Shown here: in pieces, positions 18,233 to 25,433 of the stretch
How the letters are laid out: the number at the start of each line of letters is the position of its first letter
How positions within the stretch are numbered: the first letter of the stretch is position 1
Source of the DNA: Terriglobales bacterium
GTDB taxonomy: Bacteria > Acidobacteriota > Terriglobia > Terriglobales > Acidobacteriaceae
DNA length: 64,000 nt
Assembly: GCA_035601775.1 (NCBI GenBank)
Contig: DATNNO010000085.1
Coordinates: 190,826 to 254,825, forward strand
Direction: 5' to 3'
Position numbers and translations under genes: made by a program
Notes under the pieces: model-generated
What the model saw: only the letters and a program-made list of their open reading frames with translations
The model's database searches: none
Told to the model about the DNA's origin: nothing

Positions 18233-19287
18233 TGAGCACTCTCGTATCCATTTCGGTCGCCCGCGAATCGACTGGCAGCGACGCTTCTGACCTTGCCGCA
18301 CACCAACTCCGTGCCATGCCGGTCGTAGTGATTTCGCCGCACAACCAGTGCAATTGCCGTTGTGTGATGTGCGACATCTGGCGGATTCGCGATCCCAAGG
18401 AAATCACGCCCACAGATCTCGAACGACAATTGACTTCATTTCGCGAACTTCGTGTCCGCTGGGTTGTGTTTACCGGCGGCGAACCACAGATGAATGGCCA
18501 GTTGAGTTCTTTGGCGCAGATGCTCCGCGCCGAGGGAATCCGCGTAACCATGCTTACCGCCGGGCTGTTGTTGGAATCTCACGCCGAATCCATCGCTGCG
18601 AACATCGACGATGTGATCGTCTCCCTGGACGGGCCACCTACGGTGCACGACCACATACGGCGTGTTCCCCACGCTTTTGAACGAATAACAGCCGGGGTTA
18701 CGGCATTGCGAAAGTTCCGGCCCGACATCGAGGTGCGGGCGCGCTGCACCGTCCAGAAAGCAAATCACCGCTCGCTCTGCGAGGTAGTGCAATCGGCGAA
18801 GGAAATAGGCTTGAACTCGATTTCGTTTCTCGCAGCCGATCTCACCTCGGACGCCTTCAATCGCCCCCAGGGTTGGTTGCCCAAACGCCAAGACCGGGTC
18901 GCTTTGAAGGCTGAGGAAGTCGATGCGCTGGAGGCAGAAGTCGAGCGGCTCATCAGCGAGCACCAGATCGACCTGGATTCGGGGTTTGTGGTCGAATCAG
19001 CCGGAAAATTGCGCCGTATCGTGCTCCACTTCCGGGCCCACCTTGGCCAGGCACAGCACGTCGCACCACGCTGCAACGCGCCTTGGGTCTCCGCTGTGAT
19101 TGAGGCGTCGGGTGAGGTCCGTCCGTGCTTTTTCCATCCTTCGTTCGGGAATGTTCACAATCAAACCTTGCACCAGATCGTGAATGGTCCCGAAGCGCTG
19201 AAGTTTCGAGCGAACCTTGATGTTGCAACCAACCCAATCTGCCGCCGATGCGTGTGCTCTCTGCACATTCCGCGCCACGAAGAATGA
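18232..19287 (+). CDS. Radical SAM protein with Cys-rich SPASM/twitch-like C-terminal domain
   Basis: CNCRCVMC (CxxxCxxC). C-terminal cysteines CNAPW ... RPCFF ... CRRCVCSL. ATG at 18232 overlaps the upstream stop as TAATG. Confidence 0.75.
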   Translation: MSTLVSISVARESTGSDASDLAAHQLRAMPVVVISPHNQCNCRCVMCDIWRIRDPKEITPTDLERQLTSFRELRVRWVVFTGGEPQMNGQLSSLAQMLRAEGIRVTMLTAGLLLESHAESIAANIDDVIVSLDGPPTVHDHIRRVPHAFERITAGVTALRKFRPDIEVRARCTVQKANHRSLCEVVQSAKEIGLNSISFLAADLTSDAFNRPQGWLPKRQDRVALKAEEVDALEAEVERLISEHQIDLDSGFVVESAGKLRRIVLHFRAHLGQAQHVAPRCNAPWVSAVIEASGEVRPCFFHPSFGNVHNQTLHQIVNGPEALKFRANLDVATNPICRRCVCSLHIPRHEE

Positions 19288-19297
19288 GATGGGAGGC

Positions 19298-20029
19298 TTA
19301 AGACCCCGACTTGAACACGAAATCTACCGCCTTGGTTTCATTCGTTCCCACCGTAATTTTCTGGCTCTGGGTACCGAGCTTCTCATGCCACGCCTTGATC
19401 GTGTAGGTACCAGGCGGAAGACCTTTCAATTCGAAACTCCCGTCCTTGTCCGTAACCACAAAATACGGATGCTTGAAAACCGCGATGTAGCCTCGCATCC
19501 ACGGGTGCACGTTGCACTTGACTGGGATGGCGATCTCTTCCCGCGGAAACGTTTCTTCGATGGCCAGCCCATGCGGCTGCGTCTTATTCCATTCCCGATT
19601 GTTGTTTGGCATCGGATGAATGTTGTGCGTAGTTTCGTCGCTGTTGACCACATTCAGCTTCTGGTTCGCTTGCAACGCAAGCACATGCGGCTTGTATTGG
19701 CAGCCTTTCTGCTCGATGACGGCGGGTTGCGGCGGCGGTTCAAATGTTCGGTCTCCCAAACCGTCGGAAACATAGACGATGACGTTTGCCAGGCCACCAT
19801 TGGCGCCGATTACCACATCCTCGGTCGTCGCTGGCGTGGGATGCGACTTGGCACAGTTGGGATCGGACGACATGTCGATTTTAGTCGGTTTGAGTGCGGA
19901 GCCCTCAAACTTCGCAATACCCTTCAATGATCCGGCGGCGGCCGCATCTGCGGCACCCGCAGGGACGTAAGCGGCCAGGGATAAAGCAAGTGCTGCGGTT
20001 ATCACGATTAGGCCGTACTTGGTTTTCAT
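19298..20029 (-). CDS. Secreted cupredoxin-like (amicyanin-type loop) protein with C-terminal carboxypeptidase-regulatory-like domain
   Basis: Signal peptide (LIVITAALALSLAAYVPAGA). Candidate type-1 Cu ligands are THNIHP (His) and CNVHPWM (Cys-x2-His-x2-Met, as in amicyanin CTPHPFM). C-terminal DKDGSFELKGLPPGTYTIKAWHEKLG. Confidence 0.65.
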   Translation of the reverse strand: MKTKYGLIVITAALALSLAAYVPAGAADAAAAGSLKGIAKFEGSALKPTKIDMSSDPNCAKSHPTPATTEDVVIGANGGLANVIVYVSDGLGDRTFEPPPQPAVIEQKGCQYKPHVLALQANQKLNVVNSDETTHNIHPMPNNNREWNKTQPHGLAIEETFPREEIAIPVKCNVHPWMRGYIAVFKHPYFVVTDKDGSFELKGLPPGTYTIKAWHEKLGTQSQKITVGTNETKAVDFVFKSGS

Positions 20030-20161
20030 ATACCACCCGCTTTCTGTCCCTCGCAGTTGCGACGGCTGTCGCCTTTCGGGACGGTTGTTACAAGATAGAC
20101 TTGTCGAGTTACCACGTATTGCATGAGACGTGGCAGATTGGACCTGAACTTCGCATAGGTC

Positions 20162-20959
20162 TCACTCCGCTTTAGGCTCGGCCTGCGCTGGGCTGGGCCT
20201 ACCCTTTGCAGCCGCACGGAGCGTATGTATGTAATGCACTACGTCCCATATCTGGTCCGGTTTCATAGCATCCGTAAATGAGGGCATCGGAGTGCCGTCG
20301 AGGCCGGTGGTCAAGTCACGGAACAGCCCTTCATCCGACTCTCCACACTTAAACCGCGTTCCACCGCTCAGGTCGAAAGGTGTGATGGGATAGCCTTTAC
20401 TGTCGGTGAGCGAAGCCGCAGACGGACCGTTCCCCCGTCCTTCCTTGCCGTGGCAAAGCCAGCAGTTCATGCTCTGGAAGAGCTCCGCGCCGCGCTTCAC
20501 GCTCTCGGCCGAGGTGGGCGGCTCGGGAGGTATCGGCAGTGGAGCGGCCGGTTTCTCTTCCTGAAATCGTGGAGAGAAGCTCTTGATGTACGCGATCAGG
20601 TCGACCCGCTCCTGCCGCGTCAGAGGCTTCCACGAAGGCATTCCGCTGGCGTGGATGCCACGGCTGATGGTGTCGTACAAGTCGCTATCCAACGGCAGAC
20701 TTCCGCTCGGCGTCGATCGGCATTTGAATGTGGCCTTGGTGAAATCGCGAGGCTTCGGATCGAGATAAGGCGCGCTGTCTCCAGTTCCGTCGCCATACGC
20801 ACCGTGGCAGAAAATACAGTAGCGCTGGTAGAGCGCTTTGCCGTGGCTGGCATTCCCTGCCAAATTACCGACGTGGGTCTGTTGTGCGACAGCGGTCAGA
20901 CTCAACAAGAGGGAAACGAAGACCACCGCGCCGCCGGCCAAACTGATTTTAATGCGCAT
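20162..20959 (-). CDS. Dihaem c-type cytochrome (c4-like)
   Basis: Two CxxCH motifs (CIFCHG, CWLCHG). Signal or TM N-terminus. ATG at 20959 is preceded by GGAGA. The track ORF start at 21055 overlaps the upstream gene. Confidence 0.8.
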   Translation of the reverse strand: MRIKISLAGGAVVFVSLLLSLTAVAQQTHVGNLAGNASHGKALYQRYCIFCHGAYGDGTGDSAPYLDPKPRDFTKATFKCRSTPSGSLPLDSDLYDTISRGIHASGMPSWKPLTRQERVDLIAYIKSFSPRFQEEKPAAPLPIPPEPPTSAESVKRGAELFQSMNCWLCHGKEGRGNGPSAASLTDSKGYPITPFDLSGGTRFKCGESDEGLFRDLTTGLDGTPMPSFTDAMKPDQIWDVVHYIHTLRAAAKGRPSPAQAEPKAE

Positions 20960-20978
20960 GAACCGTTCTCCTCTCTCC

Positions 20979-22328
20979 TCAAAAATCAAAATCAAATCCC
21001 ATGAGATAACTGTTATTAATGTCGTCTTTGCCGGAAAGCGGCGCTGTTCCCGCATTGACGATGCGTGAATACTCCTGCACCCAGGCGAGGCCAGCTCGAG
21101 GGTTCATGATCGGATACCAGCGATAGCCGACGGTCCAAGTGTCGAGATTCCCCGCGTTGCTGCGCATACCGGGATTCGCCTCCCGCGACATTCGAATCAA
21201 CTCATATCGGCTAATCAAGATAAGTCGGGGGTTGTAGTCGTAATGGCCTTCCACAAAACCGCCGTTCCATGACGGACCAACCGCACCAACTGGCAACTTC
21301 GAGGGCTGATTAGCCGGCACGGAATTACCCAGGAAAACGTTGTCGTACCCATGCATGTAAAACGTTTGAAAATCGAATTTACCAAAGTACCACTGCCCAT
21401 ACGCACCCGCGCGATAAAAGCTACGGTTTCCCATGCCGGTTCCCGGGATCGGTCGGCCTCCGGTAGTTTGGAAAAAGGTGGGAGATTCGCCGAAATAACC
21501 GTAGACTCCGACCCGTTGCAAGCCTAATCCTGGGACTTCGAAGCCCTGGTTAAGGTTCGTGTAAACGTCGTAGGTTTGGTTCGAGGGTAAGCCCGTCAGG
21601 CCGTTATTACTGCTGACCACGGCGACGGAGTAGCGGGTGTAATCGTTGTCGGAGTGTCCCGATACCTCAGCGCCGAGCTGGAGGTTGCCAATGCCAGTAA
21701 AAAAGTTAGTGTCACCCGGCGGGGTAAAGAAATAGTTGTAATAGAGTGCTCCAGTATTGTTGATCGTCAGAGCTCGCTCCTGGGAAATCGGCTCATCCAG
21801 TTCAAACTTTCCCATTTTGAAGTTTAGCCAGTGCGATCCGACAAGATTGTCCAGGCGTACCCACGCTTGTGCCAAACCAGCGCTTGAGTTTCCGATGAAC
21901 GGTTGCACAAAGAATGAGATGTTTTTGTAAAGTGTGCCCGCTGTAACTATGTCAATGCCGCCAACATCGAATCCAGATGCAGTGACTGTGGACTCCACGA
22001 GGCCACTGCTCTTGTTGCCGGGAACCTTGTCCACCGGTACGCGTTTCGTGCTCTCCCGATGCCAGGTTGGCGTCACGCGAAACATGATCGGCCAATAGCC
22101 CGGTTGCTGATATATGGGAGCATCGCGATCGTTGCCCAGCTGATATCCGTTGTCTTTGAAGGTCTGCCCGAAGTTGTTCAGCATTGGCCAGGCCTCGTGA
22201 CACGCGGAACAAGGAAGGCCGTACTTGCGGGCGAAGGCAGGAATGGCATGCGCGGGCCGGACCGCCGCCAGCAGCACCATTGCAACCATCAGATGCGTGC
22301 CTATTTTTTTCAACGCCACAATTCCCAT
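20979..22328 (-). CDS. Cyc2-like fused monohaem cytochrome-porin (outer-membrane beta-barrel with N-terminal CxxCH)
   Basis: ATG at 22328 with AAGGAG SD. Signal peptide ends in AHA. FARKYGLPCSACHEAWPMLNNFGQTFKDNGY follows directly (single CxxCH plus P-x-L). About 400 aa of alternating beta-strand-like sequence end in ...YLMGFDFDF (C-terminal Phe). Confidence 0.6.
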   Translation of the reverse strand: MGIVALKKIGTHLMVAMVLLAAVRPAHAIPAFARKYGLPCSACHEAWPMLNNFGQTFKDNGYQLGNDRDAPIYQQPGYWPIMFRVTPTWHRESTKRVPVDKVPGNKSSGLVESTVTASGFDVGGIDIVTAGTLYKNISFFVQPFIGNSSAGLAQAWVRLDNLVGSHWLNFKMGKFELDEPISQERALTINNTGALYYNYFFTPPGDTNFFTGIGNLQLGAEVSGHSDNDYTRYSVAVVSSNNGLTGLPSNQTYDVYTNLNQGFEVPGLGLQRVGVYGYFGESPTFFQTTGGRPIPGTGMGNRSFYRAGAYGQWYFGKFDFQTFYMHGYDNVFLGNSVPANQPSKLPVGAVGPSWNGGFVEGHYDYNPRLILISRYELIRMSREANPGMRSNAGNLDTWTVGYRWYPIMNPRAGLAWVQEYSRIVNAGTAPLSGKDDINNSYLMGFDFDF

Positions 22329-22473
22329 GTCCTTCTCCTTAACTTCTTGGGCAGACTGTCCCTGCCGCCGGTACCGAATGCAAAGCTTCGCCCCCCGGCG
22401 CACTAACGGCAGGTAACCCCAAGCGTGCTGTCGCAGTGACAATTTAAAGATAAAAAAGTAAGGAGTCCGAGGT

Positions 22474-22511
22474 TGTCACGGGCGGGTCAAATTTCGGTCA
22501 CTTTCTTGTCA
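22474..22511 (-). promoter_or_regulatory. Four phased TGAC(A/C) direct repeats upstream of the Cyc2-like operon
   Basis: The minus strand reads TGACAAGAAAG TGACCGAAATT TGACCCGCCCG TGACA with exact 11-bp spacing. It lies 146-183 nt upstream of the start at 22328. Confidence 0.45.
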
Positions 22512-22684
22512 CCAGGTGGCGTCCAAGCCTCCGATGTGGGCTTAACGGTGGCGCGGAGAGAGATCGTCCTAACGAGCCGCGAGACACATGCTGATAAGAC
22601 GCTAAGAAGAGCGGAATTGAACGAATCCGACCTTGCTGGGTAATCCCGAGGGCGAGCTTGCAAATGCCACAGCAGCGGAGGCGG

Positions 22685-23827
22685 CTATGCGGAAACGGTT
22701 TCGGCCAGGTCGGGGCGGGGATTTCTTTGCTTGCGCAGTTCACTCCGAAAGTCTGCGGCGGTGAGTTCCGTATTTCTCTGGAAAAGTGCGAGCAAAGGGT
22801 CTTCGATCTCAGCCAAGGCCAGCCCCTTTGAGCTAATCGGCTGGACATCGTGCATGCCCTCGGGCTCCACCACGAGCTCGGGCTGCACCCCGTTGTTGTG
22901 CCTAAGGGGGTCGATGAACTTTTCCAAACGCTCGCGCTGCTGCTTGGTGGCCCAGGTGAATTCCACTCCCATGCCGATCTCGGGGTGCATCGCGCGCACC
23001 AGGCCTTCCGCTCGACTCTCGAGTTTTGCCATCCGCATGGTCAGGATGACTCTCGTATTCAGGGGAAATGGTGCAGCTATCTCCAGGTAGCAGCCGCCCA
23101 CGCTGAGGTCGGTAAGTGTGCAAGGTGCGGGTGGATCATCTGGCTCTATCTCTGGAGAATGCCGGGCTAGCCACGACTCGAGCTGATCGCGTTGTTCCGG
23201 AGGCAGATGCACAAAGCGAATGCCCGCCTGCGGGCCGCCACCCTCCCACGCCACTTCTGCAGCGCATTCGATACTGTCGTCGGTTCCGGGCAGATTAAAT
23301 TTGATACGCATGGGACCGGCGCTCTGAGCGCACCGCGAAAGTTGTAGGGACATACCGCCTTGACTGATGTCCGAAGTGACCGCCTTTCTCTGGCCCGCCC
23401 CGTTCTCGCTAACCAAGGCCACCGGAATCTGCATGGCGACACGTGCATTGCGACGGCGTTCGCACTTCATCAAAGCCCGGCCGGCACGAAAACTAGTTTT
23501 GGCGCGTTCCGCGGAGATGGGTTTATAAAGAACAAAATGCGCGCCTAGCGCGAAGGCGCTACGCACAGCCTTTTGACCATCAATCATCGCAACGACGATG
23601 GAGCGTTGGTTGCACGGAGCGGAGCGAACGCTCTTGAGTACTTGGGCCGCCACGTCCTCGTCGTTGCAGTCGACGACCACCGCTTCAAATCTCCGGCGGG
23701 TCAATTTTCGAACCGCCGAATCAGCATCGGTGCAAAGTTCAACGGCAATTTCCAGGTCACTGAGGACTCGCCGCAGCACCCGTAGGATCTTGTCGTCAGA
23801 ACACAGAACCAGCGCTTGCAAACTCAT
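22685..23827 (-). CDS. Response-regulator receiver domain protein with two PilZ (c-di-GMP-binding) domains
   Basis: REC-like N-terminus (ALVLCSDD ... AVVVDCND ... VLYKP). First PilZ has RRRNAR ... DISQGGMSL (RxxxR and DxSxxG). Second PilZ-like domain has LTDLSVGGCYLE. Confidence 0.75.
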   Translation of the reverse strand: MSLQALVLCSDDKILRVLRRVLSDLEIAVELCTDADSAVRKLTRRRFEAVVVDCNDEDVAAQVLKSVRSAPCNQRSIVVAMIDGQKAVRSAFALGAHFVLYKPISAERAKTSFRAGRALMKCERRRNARVAMQIPVALVSENGAGQRKAVTSDISQGGMSLQLSRCAQSAGPMRIKFNLPGTDDSIECAAEVAWEGGGPQAGIRFVHLPPEQRDQLESWLARHSPEIEPDDPPAPCTLTDLSVGGCYLEIAAPFPLNTRVILTMRMAKLESRAEGLVRAMHPEIGMGVEFTWATKQQRERLEKFIDPLRHNNGVQPELVVEPEGMHDVQPISSKGLALAEIEDPLLALFQRNTELTAADFRSELRKQRNPRPDLAETVSA

Positions 23828-23852
23828 CGTGGACGAACTCCGTTAAACACGT

Positions 23853-24014
23853 TCAGCCGCCAATGGCGGCTCCTTCCCCGTGGGCTTCCTCTTCGTTGAG
23901 TAAATGAGCTACGCTGCGAAGCTGCTCAGCGGCGGTCTGCAGGGCCTCGATCTGCTTGCCCAGTTGAGCCTGCTCGGCTTGCTTCTTTCGGAGCACTTCA
24001 TAAATATCCTTCAC
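23853..24014 (-). CDS. Small coiled-coil protein (53 aa), below the ORF-track length cutoff
   Basis: GTG at 24014 is preceded by AAGGAGGC with a 6-nt spacer. Hand translation gives VKDIYEVLRKKQAEQAQLGKQIEALQTAAEQLRSVAHLLNEEEAHGEGAAIGG*. The stop lies 25 nt upstream of the PilZ regulator start. Confidence 0.5.
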   Translation of the reverse strand: MKDIYEVLRKKQAEQAQLGKQIEALQTAAEQLRSVAHLLNEEEAHGEGAAIGG

Positions 24015-24238
24015 GATACAGCCTCCTTAATGCAATGTAAGTTGGTACCCTTTGACGGTCAATGAGACAGGGCCAGGACTGGGTTACGGCAGTAATCAGG
24101 CCGTGGTCTTACAGGAGGCCGTTAAAAGTATCTTCGCTTACTTGGGACCCCCGTCTCGCTCACTGTGATGTGTGCCGTTAAAACATTTATTATCATTAAT
24201 TTACATGGACGCGATTCAACTCGCGGGTACGATTTCTG

Positions 24239-24267
24239 TTGACTTTTGCGCGAAACACCCATAGAAT
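24239..24267 (+). promoter_or_regulatory. Sigma-70-type promoter candidate
   Basis: TTGACT (24239-24244), 17-nt spacer, TAGAAT (24262-24267). It lies ~150 nt upstream of the 24420 ORF. Confidence 0.45.
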
Positions 24268-24419
24268 CAAGACCTTCCGGTTAACCCAACAAGTCGACGT
24301 ACGGGTCTTTAGAACGCTAATTTACTGGCCGCCGGTAGGATGTGAATCCCTCCGTGCGCGGAATGAATCTGAACTTTTTACCGGTGTAAGTTTATCTCAC
24401 GCACGAGGCGTAAATATCT

Positions 24420-24647
24420 ATGGCTAAGCGACGCGGAAATCCTAACTGGGGCAAGCCGGAGCCCATCGGGCCGATTGTTCCCACTATCACCGAATTCGAA
24501 CAAGTGGTACGCGAGTACAAGCTTTCGCCGGACCAGTACCTGCGCTCTACCCGGCTGCGGGAATGGGCCCGGCGCAACAAGAATTCGAAGTACATTCCTG
24601 AGCCCCTGCTTGAGGCTTGGGGGTTCGAGATCGAATCCACCCTTTAA
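24420..24647 (+). CDS. Small basic hypothetical protein (75 aa)
   Basis: ORF MAKRRGNPNWGKPEPIG..., with a good promoter upstream and an intrinsic terminator downstream. No family recognised. Confidence 0.55.
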   Translation: MAKRRGNPNWGKPEPIGPIVPTITEFEQVVREYKLSPDQYLRSTRLREWARRNKNSKYIPEPLLEAWGFEIESTL

Positions 24648-24668
24648 CTGAAGATGAATCAGAACCCT

Positions 24669-24700
24669 GAGGGTCGCCCGAGCGGCGACCCTTTGTTTTT
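24669..24700 (+). terminator. Rho-independent terminator
   Basis: Stem GGGTCGCC (24671-24678) / GGCGACCC (24684-24691), 5-nt loop, then TTTGTTTTT. Confidence 0.7.
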
Positions 24701-24737
24701 GCCCCACAGCTTCGCGAGAAACTGGCAGAGGTTTTAG

Positions 24738-25358
24738 TTGGCCACTATTCTAACCATCCCGAGCATTCCGGCAAGTGAACTCGTGGCTCTCCTGATAGCC
24801 GTCAGCTTCGCTGCCGGACTCAATGTTTACGCCACTGTGGCCACGCTCGGATTACTGGCGCACGCTGGAGTGCTGCCGCTGCCACCTGCCCTGCAATTGC
24901 TGTCGAATTGGTGGGTGATCGCGGTCGGTGGCGTGATGTTCGTGATCGAATTCTTTGCCGATAAGATACCCGCCTTCGACCTGGTCTGGAACGCGCTGCA
25001 TACTTTCATTCGTATCCCCATCGCGGCTCTGCTGGCCTACGGCGCCACCGCGACGCTCTCTCCCTGGGAGCAAGTAGTGGCCACGGTTGCTGGCGGTGCC
25101 ATCGCTCTTGCTGCCCATGGAGGCAAAACTGCCGTGCGCGCTGCCGTCACTCCCTCGCCGGAACCGTTCTCGAATATGGCCTTAAGTCTGGGAGAAGACG
25201 GGCTCGCCATCTTCATTACATGGTTTGCAACCCAGCATCCGTATGGCGCGATAGCTATTGTCGGCCTATTGCTGGTTGTCATCGTGGTGCTAACCCGCTG
25301 GGTCGTGCGCTCGCTCCGGGCCCTTTTCCGGGGAGCCGAGCACGAGTTGGCGAAGTAG
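24738..25358 (+). CDS. DUF4126-like integral membrane protein
   Basis: TTG start. Gly/Ala-rich TM helices with FFADKIPAFDLVWNALHTFIRIP, as I recall for DUF4126. Confidence 0.5.
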   Translation: MATILTIPSIPASELVALLIAVSFAAGLNVYATVATLGLLAHAGVLPLPPALQLLSNWWVIAVGGVMFVIEFFADKIPAFDLVWNALHTFIRIPIAALLAYGATATLSPWEQVVATVAGGAIALAAHGGKTAVRAAVTPSPEPFSNMALSLGEDGLAIFITWFATQHPYGAIAIVGLLLVVIVVLTRWVVRSLRALFRGAEHELAK

Positions 25359-25381
25359 CTGCCTCAGCCGGTTCGCCCAGT

Positions 25382-25424
25382 TGACAATTCTCTGACAATT
25401 TCCTGAAAGCGCCTTTGCTACAAT
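25382..25424 (+). promoter_or_regulatory. Phased TGACA/TGACA/TGAAA repeats plus TACAAT box upstream of ribBA
   Basis: TGACA at 25382 and 25393 and TGAAA at 25404 (11-bp phasing). TACAAT at 25419-25424 starts 10 nt after the third pentamer and ends 9 nt before the ATG. Confidence 0.4.
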
Positions 25425-25433
25425 CGCACTGTA

